Source of the DNA: the human T2T-CHM13v2.0 reference genome, Homo sapiens
Direction: 5' to 3' (one strand)
NCBI RefSeq assembly: GCF_009914755.1
Contig: NC_060938.1
Length of the DNA stretch: 64,000 bases
Position 1 is the first letter of the stretch. Every line of letters begins with the position of its first letter. Below, in pieces: positions 17,459 to 33,100 of the stretch. Position numbers and translations under genes: made by a program. The notes beneath the pieces are model-generated. The model was given only the letters and a program-made list of their open reading frames with translations, made no database searches and was not told the DNA's origin.

Positions 17459-18899
17459 GATATTTTTTAATATACTATTTAATTTCCTCATCTTTTCTTT
17501 TACTATATATTTTTAGTTATTTTCATAGTGGTTGCCCTGAGGATTAAAATTAATGTTTAATTTATAACAATCTAGTTTAGATTAATACTGTTTCAGTATA
17601 AGAACTTTGCTACTATATAGTTCTACCCCCATCTTTATGTTGCTTTTGTCACAAATTCCATCTTTACACATTTGTGTCTATCATAGATATATATCAGTAA
17701 TTTTTATTTATATAGTTGCCTTTTAAATAATATGGGAAAAAAGAACAGATACAGACTAAAAATACATTAATATTGACTTTTATATTTACCTTTACCAGTG
17801 TTCTCTATTTCTTCATGTGAAATCAAATTGCTGCCTACTGTCCTTTCATTTCAGCATGAGAGACTCCCTTTAGCATTTCTCGTAGGGCATTAGTGACAAA
17901 CTCTTTTTTTATTTGGAAATTTCTTAATTTCTATTTCATTCCAGAGGGATAGTTTTGCTTGATATAGCATTCTTGGCTGACAGCTGTTTTTCTTTCAGTC
18001 CTTTTAATGTTCTATCCCATTGCTTCCTTACCTCCATGGTTTCTAATGATAAATAAGCTGTTAATCTTATTAAGCATTACTTCTACGTGATAAGCTGCTT
18101 CTCTTTTGCTGCTTTCAAGATTCTATCTTTGTCTTTATCTTTGAACAGTTTAATTATAACGTGTCTCAGTGTGGACCTCTTTGAGTTTATCCTACTTGGA
18201 GTTTCTTAGATGTATAGACTAATGTTTTCCATCAAATTTGGAAAGTTTTTGCCCATTATTTCTCTCAAGTATTCTTCCTATTAGACCCCACTACCTCCTC
18301 TGGCACTCCCATTATGCATATGTTGTGGTATACTTGGTGATGTCTTTTAAAGTCTGCTCATTATTCTATGTCTTTCTTTTTTATGCTCCTCTGACTGAGT
18401 AATCTCAATGACTTATCTTCAAGTTCACTGATTCTTCTGCCTGCTCAAATCTGCTGTTGAGTCTCTCTAATAAATTTTTCCTTTCAGTTATTCTTTTAAG
18501 CACTAGAATTTATATTTGGCTCTTTTTTATAAGTTTGGTCTTTTTATTGATATTCTCTATATGTGAGACATCATTCTCATGGTTTTCTTTAGTTCTTTGT
18601 ACATGGTTTCCTTTAGTTTTTTGAGCATATTTTAAATGGTTGAATTAAAGTCTCTTAAAAGTAAGCCCAATGTCTGGGCTTCTTCAGGAATAATTTCTAT
18701 CAATTGTCATTTTTCTTGTGTAGGGGCCATACTTCCTTGTGTTTTTTCCATGCCTTGTAATTTTTTGTAGAAAACCGGACATTTCAAATATTATAATTTG
18801 GCAACTCTGGAAATCAGATTTCCCTAGGGTTTGTTGTTCCTGCCTGTTGTAGTTGTTGCTGTTTGTTTAGTGCCTTTTCTGAACTAATTTTGAGAACTC

Positions 18900-18901
<2 letters not shown>

Positions 18902-18942
<41 letters not shown>
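18902..18942. repeat. (TG)~20 microsatellite
   Basis: Perfect dinucleotide run. Confidence 0.98.
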
Positions 18943-18945
<3 letters not shown>

Positions 18946-19928
18946 GCCACAGAAGTCTCTTCCATTAGCTTCACAATCAGCTAGTGATTGGACAGAGATT
19001 TCCTTAAACACCTGGGACAAAAAACAGTAAAATTGCCCTGTCTTTATAGATAAGCCTGTGTATGTGTATTGGGACATGCCTTCAGAGTTCAGTTAGGCAG
19101 TTTATAACTCTGCCTTAGTCTTCAATTTCTTCTTGCTTAGAGACTGAAGGTCATGCAGAGGTGAGAGCTTAGGGCTTTCTCAGGTTTTTCTTGAGCATGT
19201 GCTTATCCTCTAGATTCCCAGGAATATGTCAGGGCTTTTCAAAATCCTTATTTTGAATAGAATCTCACAAAGTGCGAGAGGAGACATCTTCCTGGAAAGG
19301 GATTCTGGATGAACAAATAACATTTAGAGGCTTTTAATAGATTACCTGGCTCATAATCTGTGAGTGAACTGAAGGAGAATGACTGACCCCTCAGAAGCAG
19401 CTGCCACATTACAGTGATACTGACCAAAGTAGTAAAGAAGTAAGGAAGCAAGTCTGAAGAAGGGAAGAGGGAGTTTTCCTAGTACTACTTCCATACCATG
19501 TGTTTTTTATGGGGCTGGAGTATGAAAAGGAAGGTTGCAGAATGAGGTGTATCAAAACCATCTGGAACCAACTTGTCCCCATTCCAGGGAACCCTCACCC
19601 ACAGCTCCAACCTGCTCAGGCAGTAACCAAGATGGAAAAAAATTTTTTTTAACATTCGGCCCCTTTCTTTATTGTAATAGTTTATCTGGAAGTACACAAA
19701 AATTAATAAATTGCTTTTACTATGCAATTCTGAAATATCAGGTCTACTGCCGTCAATAAAAAAAATTAGTAACTACTTTTATGACATTAAGGTCAAGTCA
19801 TCATTTGTAGACAGAATCAATTGAGACTCTTTGGCACTTACGACTAATCCATTGTAAACAATTATCAATCTTAAAAACACAGCTCCAGTAAACGTGTAAT
19901 TATACTGGGTACAGATAAGGAAGTACAA

Positions 19929-20234
19929 GGCCGGTATGATCGCTTATGCCTGTAATCATAGCACTTTGGGAGGCCGAGGCAGGTGGATCATATGAGGCCA
20001 GGAGTTCAAGACCAGCCTAACCCACATGGCAAAACCCTGTCTCTACTAAAAATACAAAAAGAAATTAGCCAGCCATGGTGGTGCTTGCCTGTAATCCCAG
20101 CTTCTCAGGAGGCTGAGGCATGAGAATCAGAGAATCACCTGAACCCAGGAGACAGTGGTTGCAGTGAGCCAAGACCATGCTACTGCACTCTAGCCTAGGT
20201 GACACAGTGAGTGAGAATCTGTCTCAAAAAGAAA
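19929..20234 (+). mobile_element. Alu inserted in the pseudogene 3' UTR
   Basis: Full Alu; TSD aaggaagtacaag. Confidence 0.95.
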
Positions 20235-20294
20235 GGAAGTACAAGAAGCTCACTGGCTATGCTAAACCAAATAAATGAAAAGCAGCAAAACTGA

Positions 20295-20576
<282 letters not shown>

Positions 20577-21092
20577 TGATTTTATACTGTGGGTTTATAC
20601 AAATAAATAAACAAAATCCTTTCCTTTTTTTCTATATTTTTTCTTACATTTCTTATAAAAATAACAGAATGCTTCATTTTATTCACTTCAATGGGACAAA
20701 GTCCTTAGAGAAAGATTGAAAAGAGCTGATAATCAAACTCCCAAATTTTATGCTTATTTCTTTTCTAGTGCTCTCAATTTTCTGACATTTAACACAGGCA
20801 GGAAAACGTTCTCGGTAAATTGAGCATTTGAGTCTATAAATGTCTTCAAGCACTCTGGCAAGTTACATATATCCCATTGCTTTTGGTTGCCCATCTCTTC
20901 TTTGCTTCAAACCCCCATGCGAGTTTCTTCTTTTTTCAGGCAGCCCTGTGAATTTTTAGTCTCCATTTTTGGCTTTTACAAACTTGTGGCAGACAACTGC
21001 TTTGGCAATTTTTACACCAAGCTCTCGAGTAGCTAGCTAGTTGCTGAGTTCTTCAGCCCTCTCAATATTCCACTCCTCCACAGCCTGCTCTA

Positions 21093-21218
<126 letters not shown>

Positions 21219-21249
21219 CTAAGGGAATTCCAGAAGGACTCTCTTCTTA

Positions 21250-21390
<141 letters not shown>

Positions 21391-21646
21391 TCACTCAACA
21401 TCACTTTCATTTAGGCCAGGAGGTACTAGCCCACTCAACATCTTTTCTTCTGTCAGGATGCAGCCGCCCGGCAGCCATCTTAAGACCCTGTCAACCAAAA
21501 AATTTTTTAAGAAATAATTTTTGTGTGAAATCATTGTTGTGTATTATTTCAGTGTATTATTTCAGGGCTTTGTATAAAATAATGTGGACATTTTACTTCT
21601 ATTTCTATGCTCTGGAACAGTTTAAAATGATTGAGTTCTTGCTTGA

Positions 21647-21993
<347 letters not shown>

Positions 21994-22195
21994 ATATTTT
22001 TCAATTAATTAATTTTGGAGGAGACAAAAAACATTCAAATCATAGCACTCACTATTAAAAAACTGGAAATAAAAACAAATGCCAAACAAACCAGGAAGGA
22101 TTAATTTATGGCACAGTCAAACAATAGAGTAATGAAAATGAATAAACTCCAACTGCATACCACAGTGTGGATGAATCTTAAAAACACAATGTTGA

Positions 22196-22509
<314 letters not shown>

Positions 22510-22965
22510 TTAACAGCCCAACATGAAAGTATATTTATACTCCAATTCTCTTAATGTACACTCAAAATACAGACCAAACCAAACCATATTGATTAGGAAT
22601 GAATAATCAGGTGGTAAAAGTACAAAGCAATGCAAGGAAAGACTGAAGTCAGGATAGGGCTATCTCTGTGCAGGGAAGGGACTGAAAGAGAAAGGGGTGG
22701 ATTGGGAAACGATACAGGGAAACTTCTGGTGATAATGTTCTATTTATCGACTTAAACAGTGTCGCTACACAAGACTTTGCTTTATGATTATTCATTATCG
22801 TGCTCACTTGCGTATGGTATATGCTTCTCTGTATATGTATTATATTTCACAAAGTTAATAAAGCTTATACAACAAAGAAAAGGTTCATTACTGAAAACAG
22901 ACACCAACTCCCAGGGGAAGGAGTACAACGGAGCTGATTTCAAGAGCCTGGACATGAGGCCCTGA

Positions 22966-23397
<432 letters not shown>

Positions 23398-24713
23398 AAC
23401 CCATTTATTCTTTAAGGATCTAATTCTGCAGGGCATCAGCCAGGCTCAAGATAGAACTGAGGTGAGGCTCTGCAGGCTTCAATCCCCAGATCTGTCTGAA
23501 AATGCTCAGTTGCGCTCAATCCTAGGTGAAGAAATGGTACCAGAATCCCAGAGTTCCAGCACAACACAGTGGTGTTTCTTTTGTGATGTCATCAACACCT
23601 GCTTCTGACCTCACCCGCCCAGAAGTTTCCAATATCATTCAGTGATAGTGGCGGTGGATAACAATGACCTCCTACCAGCTGTGAATTTCTCGTCTTCCAC
23701 TAGTACTAGTAAAAGAGATTGCTGCTGGCTAAGAATACCCACCGGTGGGGTCTTGGTGAGTGGGGCCCAGTCTGAGGCCAGGGGTAAGAGAGGGCAGAGG
23801 GGCCAGGGTTGCCCCAGAAGAAGGGAAGCCTGGATTCTCTTCTGTGGCAGGGCTGAGTGATCATAGGGCCTGACTCCTCCACTGGGGAATGCCAGCTTCC
23901 AAGTAGAGACAGTGCTGTGTGTCTAGACCTAAGCCTGAAGTCTTCCTCTCTCTAGAAATCCACAACCCTGTGTCTGGTCAGGCAGAAGACACTGGAAAAA
24001 TGGTTTTCCATTCCAATACATTTCCCCACTACTTTCTGCACAGGAAAACAAATTCACTTCTGTCTGGAAAGGCAGATTAGAGCATGTGATAGGAGCTGAG
24101 CTCCCAAAATGTATCCACTTTCTTAGAGAGTTTTTATTTGGCTCTTGGGATCAGGGATACCCTAGAGTATGTGGCTTGCCACTTAAAGTATAAATAGTGT
24201 CTTGGCTTTGCCTTGAAAATACTGTCCCTGTCAGTGGCATATGTTTATATTCTGGGTCTTGTAGTAAAATCTGTGGTCTGACTCCCATCATCTCCAACCC
24301 CATGGCCCCCTGCTTACCCTCTGCCTAGCAGCCTCACCCAGCACCAGGCCTTGGGGTAATAGGGACACTGGTGTGTGGCTTTCACTTCCTGCCTTTTCTC
24401 TCTCATTTTGATTTTTCCTGAACATCTCACCTGGGTACCACAGAAAACCCATGTACATTTGCGTAGGCTGTGCACAGTTGTGAGGTTTTTTTAATTGTTA
24501 CTGTTGTTTTTGCAATTGCAAACAATTCTGCAATGAGCATTCTTGTGTGTGTAGGTCTTTGTGAGCTTGAGTGTTTATGATGGAAATTATTTCTAAATAG
24601 CAGAGACAAGTTCCCAGGGCCACCATAGGCTCAACAAAACTATGAGGGTTGGGTCCCTGCAGTTGTTCACTGGGCTGGTTTAAGATCTCAGACAATTTCA
24701 CTGATCAATCAAT

Positions 24714-25016
24714 ACAGGCAGTCCAACTTACAACGACTCTACTTACAATTTTTTGACTTTAAAATGGTGCAAAAGCCATATGTATTCAGCAGAAATCATA
24801 CTTCAAGTATCCATACAACCACTCTTTTTCATTTTCAGTATTCAATAAATAAAATCCTCTAACACAAAGCCCATTTTATAATAAAGTGTTGAAATATGCA
24901 ACATTTTATTATACAATAGGCTTTGTGTTAGGTGATTTTGCCCAACTATAGGCTAATGTCAGTATTCTGAGCACATTTAAGGTAGGTTAAGCTATGATGT
25001 TTGGTAGATTAGGTGG
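24714..25016 (-). mobile_element. MER47A (Tigger-derived) with an internal inverted duplication
   Basis: Matches recalled MER47A reverse complement (acttac..tttttgacttt..ggctttgtgttag.tgattttgcccaact.taggctaatgt). Confidence 0.8.
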
Positions 25017-25217
25017 TGTGTTAGTCCGTCCTCATGCTGCTGATAAAGACATACCTGAGACTCGATAATTTATAAAGAAAAGAGGTTTAATTGACTCAGT
25101 TCCACATGGCTGGGGAGGCTTCAGGAAACTTACAATCACGATGGAAGGGGAAGCAAACCCATCTTTCTTCACATGACAGCAGGAAGAGAAGTGCTGAGCA
25201 AAAGGGGAAAAGCCCCT
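25017..25217. mobile_element. THE1C/D-type LTR, truncated
   Basis: tgtgttagtccg...aaagacatacctgagact...aaagaaaagaggtttaattgactca...gagcaaaaggggaaaagcccct. Confidence 0.85.
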
Positions 25218-25394
25218 CCTGAGTAGTTGGGATTACAGGCGCCCGCCACCACACCTGGCTAATTTTTTGTATTTTTAGCAGAGACAGGGTTTCACCATGT
25301 TAGCCAGGAGGGTCTCGATCTCCTGACCTCGTGATCCACCCGCCCCGGTCTCCCAAAATGCTGGGATTATAGGCGTGAGTCACTGCGCCCGGCC
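25215..25394 (-). mobile_element. Alu 5' portion (3' part missing), fused to the THE1
   Basis: Begins mid right arm at cctcctgagtag; no tail. Confidence 0.9.
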
Positions 25395-25544
25395 TTTTTT
25401 TTTTTTTTTTTTTTTTTAATCGTTGTTCTCTCTTCTCTTGCTCTTGACTTTTGCCCTTTTCACTGTGCTTGCTTTCTTATTAGTCCTTTCCCCTTCTAAC
25501 ATGCTCCTGCTCATCTGCTGTGGTTTTGAAAATCAGGAAAGTGG

Positions 25545-26025
25545 CTTCTCCTTTAGGCTATTGGTTCAGCTGCTGCAACAGAGACCAGACAATAGTGACT
25601 TTACAAGGTTATTGCTCTCCCGTGAGAAAAATGCAAGGTGGTCAACATTGTAGGGCACTTCTCCAGGTCATCTTGTGACTCAAGTTCTTCCTGCCTTGAT
25701 GCTTGACTGTCTCTAGGGAGTTGTCCTGGTCAGCATCATCAAAGCTGCCCTCCCCTCCACCCCATGTCCACATCCCAGTCTTCACAAAGAGGAAAGAGGA
25801 AGTAGAGAACAGCCAGCTTCCTTTTAAGGATGTGGCCCAGAAATTAAACCTATTACTTCCACTCATATCTCACTGGCTAGGACTTAGTTCATACTTCCAC
25901 CTGGCTGCGAGGGGTTCTGGGATATGTGGTCTATAGTAGGAGAGCCATAAATCCAGGTTTTAATCTTGGGAGCTCTACTGCAAAAAGGAAGAGGGAAAGA
26001 AAAGGGGCTCTTAGCAGTCTCTGCC
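25545..26025. mobile_element. MLT1J/K-like LTR
   Basis: cttccttttaagg...cactggctaggacttagttcatac...gctgcgaggggttctggga motifs. Confidence 0.55.
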
Positions 26026-26106
26026 ACACTGGATCTATTGAAATTTTGTGTGGAGTAAATAAAGGTGGGCACCAATTGAAGACACAAGGTGATCTGCAGA
26101 AAAAGC

Positions 26107-26285
26107 CCCTCCCCTCCCCTCCTCTTCCCTCACCTCCCCTCCCCTCCTCTTCCCTCCCCTCCTCTTCCCTCCCCTCCTCTTCCCTCCCCTCCTCTTCCCT
26201 CCCCTCCTCTTCCCTCCCCTCCTCTTCCTTCCCCTCCCCTCTTCTTCCCTCCCCTGCCCTCCCCTCCCCTCCTCTCCTCTCCTTT
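26107..26285. repeat. Polypyrimidine minisatellite with a 15-bp unit (cctcttccctcccct)n
   Basis: Visible repeats; expanded tail of the adjacent FLAM. Confidence 0.92.
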
Positions 26286-26515
<230 letters not shown>

Positions 26516-26879
26516 GGGTTACTCAGAGTCCTTTTGTTTCTTTTATATTGTTCTGGATTATGTTCCCAGACCAGACATTGGAGGTTAACAACGCAGTCAT
26601 GAAGACAATAACAGGCATAATCTTTCAGATTTGACAACTCAGGCCAAAGGCACTCCCACCCCAATCCACAAGTGAGAGCATGATAAGTGTTTTCAGTGTC
26701 ACAGACCAGAAGGGCCTTTCTTTTGAAAGCCTCAGTTATTCATACCCATACACCTTTACTGAGAACCTTCTACAAGCTGACACTCATCTAGGTGGTTGGT
26801 TGGGACATTGGGGTCATCTCTTTCCCCACCACACAGCCCACCTGGCATCTCCATGGGTTCTCCTCCTTCCATGGGTTCT

Positions 26880-26957
26880 CCTCCCTTCCTTCCCTTCCCT
26901 CCCTCCCTCCCTCCCTTCCTTCCCTTCCCCTTCCTTCCTTCTTTCCTTCCTTCCTTC

Positions 26958-27021
<64 letters not shown>

Positions 27022-27103
27022 TTTCTTTCTCCTCTCCTCTCTTCCCCTCCCCTCCCCTCCCCTTCCCTCTCCTGCCCTCCCCTCCCCTCCTCTCCTCTCC
27101 TCT
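26880..27103. repeat. (CCTT)n/(CTTT)n/(CCCCT)n polypyrimidine tract
   Basis: Visible. Confidence 0.95.
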
Positions 27104-27548
<445 letters not shown>

Positions 27549-28187
27549 TGACCTTGATGCTTATCAGGTTTCTCCTCTAGGAGGTGGAGTGGGTTGGATA
27601 TGGGCTTACAACAGCTTCTGTGATGATGAAGCAGAGAAGGAAAAGACGAACTGCTTTTGTTGAGAATTTATGCTGTCCCACCAGACTGTGAATAGCATAA
27701 CTACAGCAACAACAATGAATATTTGCAGAGCATTTATTTTGTACATGGTATTTCATTTAATCCTCACAATCACCCTTTAAGCTTATGATTATTGTTTTCC
27801 CCCATTTTCCATATGCCAAAAAAAAAAAAAAAAGCACAGAGAGGTTAAGTCCCACATTTAGGTGGCCCAGCTGGGACTGAAATGCAGGCAGCTAGCGTTC
27901 CCAGCACTATTCTTGTATTGATCTGATTTGTCTTTGTACCCGCCAGCCTTTATCCTAGAAGAGAATAAAGGTGTCAGAGCAGAGGGGTGTGAGACCTCAA
28001 CTAGCCCAGCCCTCTCAGAATTACAGATGAGAGGGAAAAACAAAGAGAGATCAAGTGAGCTACCCAAGGTTGCACAGCATGATAGCCGCTAAGCAAGGGC
28101 TGGAACCTAGACCCTGATGCCCTGTTGCCACTGCAGAATACGTGTTCAAAAGTCTTCCCGTCCCGTGAATGAAAAAGATAATGAGTG

Positions 28188-28492
<305 letters not shown>

Positions 28493-29379
28493 CTATGTGG
28501 CTCACCCTTGGGTCTTCGTGGGGTGGTTGGGTCATGAGAACCAGGGGGTCAGGGGAAGAGGGAGATGACTAGAGTGCGCCAGCCTGATACGGTTGTGTGG
28601 AAGGGGGTGCTGTGCTGCTGGTTATGGGGAAATCAACCCATGAAAGCATAACCAGCCTTTGACCCCCTCCTCTGGCACCTCATGACCTTGTGTTCACAGG
28701 GCTTCCTCTATGGCATTCTTATCATATTGTTAACAGCCCTAACTGGTGAAAGGGAGTCACTTTCAGAGAGCATTGGGCAGTGGCTTCTTTCCCATCAGCT
28801 ATTGTACTGCAAGTGCCAGATAATGTCGATGACATAAATGTGCCTAGGCCCCTGCCTGGGAGGGAGAGGCTGTTTACTACTGCCCCTTGTTTTGCACACT
28901 GGTCTTTGGGGGTTGCAAACACTGGCACCTGTCCTCGGGGTCAAAACCAGTGTCTATAGCAGAGTGGGCAGGACTTTGATGAAACTCTGATACCTGCAGG
29001 ATTGTGGCCCACCGCAAACCGGAAATGACCCAGCTCACTCCCTTGGCCCTCCCTGCTGGGGCTGTGGCCAATTGTAGATCACTCCTTTGCTGTAGAAGGA
29101 GTCTGGGTAGCAGCTGGGTACCAGCCACTAGGCTGGTGCCAGGACCTGGTCCTTGGGCGGGGCAGAGGGCTATCTTTGTGGGAGTGGAGTGGCTTTTCTT
29201 GCTTCTGGCTGATGGGACTAAGGAGACTGGGAAAGGCGACATGCCTCAGGGAGGGCGAGGGGAGGTGGCAAAGGAGCTGCCAAGGCCCAATGCATCAGGG
29301 CAGCTGGAGCAAGCTGGAACCAGGGACCGGCAGCCTTGTGTGTTTGAGATAGTAATTTGCAGATGGTTCCTGGTAGCGA

Positions 29380-30180
29380 CAGGGTCTCTGAGGCGGAGCC
29401 TGGGTCTTCGCGTAGGATCTGCCAGCCTGGGTTCCCCGGCAGGTCAGAGAAGCTTTGGGGCGGGGCCAAGGTTGGCCCCTGCTTGGGAGGAGCCGGGATG
29501 CCTCTCTCACAGTGATGCAGAGAGGAATTTGCTGACAGTCCCTTGCCAGGTGGGGCTGGCTTCGCCCAGCCGGCGAGGAGGAGGACCCGCTGGCAGTCTC
29601 CTCCCAGGTGGGGAGCGTGGAGCCTGTCACTGCAGCCTGGCGGCCTGAGCGCCGAGCCTGGGGCTGGGGCCGCGGTGCTGAGGACGCAAATGTGGTGAGC
29701 ACGCGATGCGGGTGCGGTGACCGGGGCTGGTCGGGCCGGGAAGAAGGGGCGCCGGATCCAGGTCCCGCACGGGGAGGGGGCGGGGAAGGATTGCTTGTTT
29801 CTGTGCTTTCTGAGACCTTGCATTGGGAGGGATGGGGGTAGGGGAGACTGCGCCACAGTCCCTTGCCACGCTGGCTGTCTCTAGCTTGTACCCAGGAAAG
29901 GGTGGCCTGAGCCGCCCACCCGGGAGGGCGTGGCTTTAGTAGACCGGTCTTCACTGGGTTGGGGGAACGGAGGTGGGTAGGAGGTTTGCGTGGGGGGTCC
30001 CCGGCCTCCTGCCTGACAGCCAGGTGGGAGTTACCGCTCGGGGCTACCCTCTCCCCCACCCAGGGATTCCCCGGGGCTCTGCCGCCCACTCTCTGGGCTG
30101 GGACGGGAGGGGGCAGTCTGCTCCGCCGTTATGGGTTATGACAACGTCACTGCTGCGCTGCTGCCTGGCGGGCTGGGCTC
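29380..30180. promoter_or_regulatory. TMEM63C: CpG island / promoter of TMEM63C
   Basis: Strongest non-Alu CpG- and GC-dense stretch in the window; GC boxes ggggcggggc (~29457) and ggggcgggg (~29777); surrounds a first-exon donor. Confidence 0.85.
29595..29694 (+). other. TMEM63C: TMEM63C exon 1 (non-coding 5' UTR); TSS approximate
   Basis: Donor AATGTG|GTGAGC at 29694/29695 inside the CpG island; Inr-like gcagt near 29595; gene identity from recalled layout (non-coding exon 1, ~31.5-kb intron, 63-nt exon 2). Confidence 0.75.
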
Positions 30181-33100
30181 CTGGGCCCCCAGGGGAACAA
30201 TGCCACCCTTTCCCCATGTGCTTCCAAAGAAAGGCTCTTGCCTCCCTACTCGCCCTGGCCTTGAGAGACGAACGTTGTGTTTGGATGAAGGCCCTGGGGA
30301 AACTGAGGCCCAGGGGTGCTGTGGCTTGACCAAGGTCACTGAGCAGGCCCTACAGAGCTGGCCTCCCAGGCACTGCCTTCACCGAATGCCCTCTGGAGGG
30401 GCAGGGGCCCTTCTTCCTCTCTAGACCCCAGGACCTCCCCCCACCCCAGCACCCCATTTCCTCATCCCTGAGAATGCAGGGAGTTGCAACTTCCGCATGG
30501 GGCTCCAGGGTATCATGGGTGTAAGCAGCAATTAGATTGTCTGGGGACAGGAGAAAATTGCTCATGAAAAACACCTAAGTGAGCAGAGGGGGTGTGAGCG
30601 TGTGCTGTTCTTGTGGGTTCAAGGAAAGAAGGAGAGTTGGCTTTGAGGAGAGGAAGGCCCGTGCTGATGGGAATGAGGAGATGAACTTTCTCCTTCAACA
30701 GCCTGCAACGCTCCAGGAAGATGTGTTTTCCCTCAAGAAAGGGTCCATCTCTTAGCACCACCCTCTGTTATCACCTCATCCTTGTTCTCTCTCCGGCCCC
30801 TGTCCCTGGGAGAAATGGGCTACATTCCGTCTATTGCCCTTAGAAGTGAACTTTCCCCTTAGAAGTGAATTCACCTTGTTCTTCTCCCTGGGACAGATGA
30901 CCTTCCCTGGAGGGAAACTGAGGCAAGGAGAGAGCGACATTTTAGAGCCAGAGCCAGATGAGGAAACTGAGGCACAGGGGGTGGAGTGAGTTCTCCAGGT
31001 ATCTTACCTACATGCAGGTCTTCTGACTCCCCAGCCACCAAAGGGCAGACTGGAGGGGCCTCTTCCTGTCTTCTCTTCGCACCCCACAGTCCCAGCGCTG
31101 AGAAGCTGAGGCTGCAAGGGCCTCCTGATGGGTGTGGAGGAGGTCGGTGACAGGGAACAGCACCAGCATTTTCTCCTCCTTTAAGATATGTTTTCTAGTT
31201 TCTTGGGAAGGAAGCAGCTTGAAGACGGGAAGTGAAGTCTCTTGGTTACCTTCCCATCATGCCCCCACAGGGATACACAATTTCTGTGGGCCTATCGGAG
31301 CCAAAAACAGGCATCCCTCCTGCCCGAGTGCCAGCAGTTGTGAGCATAGCCAGGGAGTGGGGATCCACAGGTAGAGGGACTTCATTTATCTCCCTGACAG
31401 CATCTCCGGATCGGGGGTTTGGGCCAGCACCGGTTTACTCCAAGTGAAAGGAGTTGCCATGTGCCTGGCTCATGAATTGCTCCTTTTCAGACACCCTCTG
31501 AGCACAGAACCCCTGACGCTGGCCCCTGCTGGCTTCACAGGAGCCTCGGGTTGCATGATGACCACCAGGAGCTGCTGGGGTGACCTGTGGGAAGGGATGG
31601 GGTTCCCAGTAAACCAGATGAGAACTAGCTGCTTGTGGGGTGACAATATAGCACCAGAGAGGAGAGGGCCCACCATACTGGAGGGAAACCACATGGTATG
31701 TGTCCCTCCCAGCTAGCAGAGAAAGGGTCAGGCCTCAGAGAGGCCCCGTGGTGAGAACCAGACTTAAAGAGCAGAGAGCTGGACCGAGTGCCTCTATCGG
31801 CAGGCACTCTGCCCTCAGCATCTCTACCTGATAGCTAGGCATGAAAACACCTTCTCCAGATGGGTGGGAGGGCTTTGGAAACTTGTCAAGTGTTTATTAC
31901 AAATGGGAAGTATTATTCCTGGAGTCTCTGGTCTAGGTGGAAGCCATCTGTTTCCTGCCTTGATGGGGGAAACATGGTCATTTCTTCTTCAGAGGATGCT
32001 CTCTCCCTCTGCGGCCAGCCTAGGGCATCCTTCTAGGCTGGGAAGGCAGGTCAGCCCTCCCCAGCCCGCTTCAAGTTGTGCTTGGGCCCTTGAGGAGTTT
32101 CATCCCCTCCATCCCCAGTTGCCCATTATAGTTAACATATTTAACAGGATGTTCACCCCCGAAAATGCAGGTGTCTAGTGGCACCGTGGAGCTTCCTACA
32201 GGCCTGTACCCTCCCCACTGCCTCAACTCTCGAATTCCACGACCTCTGCTCTGATTCTTCCTGGGAAGAGGCGGGTGGAAGAACCATAAAGATAATGGGT
32301 GTAAAGTGCTGGGAGCTGTTTGCACAGAGCGTCCAGTTTGCAGGAACCCACGTGGTGCTCAGGCCATGGGCAGGCTCACACTGGGAAAGGCTGTAATGAA
32401 AGTGCTCAGAGGAAGTGCTCAGCTTCCAGTGAGATCAGCAGCTTTTAGTGCCCTGTTTTGCCTGAGGTGGGGCCCCAATGCTCACTCTTCTTTCCTCTCG
32501 TGGGAGAGCAGTGGTTTTCACAGCTTACACATCAGCATGGGTGGTGTAAATGGAACTCCACATTCTTGCCCATGAGTTGGCTGGTGCAACTCCTGCAAGG
32601 TAGGGTTACAGGAGGAGCTGAGATGAGAACGTGGGCAGCTCCTGAAGTATGGTGTGTCCTTGCTCTAGATCTGTCTGCATTGCTTAGGCCCAACTGAGGG
32701 TGGCTCTTAAGAAGAACAACGTGTGGCCAGGACTCCATGTTCTGTGTTTCTAGGGCAGGATATGTACTCAAGCTGCCACATTCCTTGCCAACACCCCTGG
32801 GGCTAGTGCTGAGACATGCAGAGGCAGAGTGGGCGGGGAAGGGGCGCCTCATTGTCACCTCCTGCCTCCTTCTAGTCATTAGTAATGCTCCCCAAAGGGA
32901 AACCGAAGCATAGACCTGCTTAGAAAGCTAGGACTAGGACCCAAGTGTCCTGGGCTCCCACCTTCTGCTTTTCCCAGCCTTTCACTCTGCCATTTGACAC
33001 GAGCACCCTCAAGATGAGATGGGAAGAGCTGGGCTGGAGGTGAGTGAGTCATGCCCAGCCCTGTGCCTGTAGACCTTCATTCCTGCCAAGCCAGGGCCTC

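Noticed and set aside
29661-29681. Possible RE1 in exon 1 (reverse complement CTCAGCACCGCGGCCCC)
   Set aside because: Only the left half-site matches; the GGACAG half is absent
29004-30329. Several 200+ aa ORFs on both strands around the CpG island
   Set aside because: Stop-codon depletion in GC-rich promoter DNA; Pro/Arg/Gly/Ala-rich with no recognisable domain
30837-30870. Short direct repeat cccttagaagtgaa x2 (similar small repeats at ~26851-26885 and ~59065-59130)
   Set aside because: Ordinary slippage micro-duplications with no functional indication
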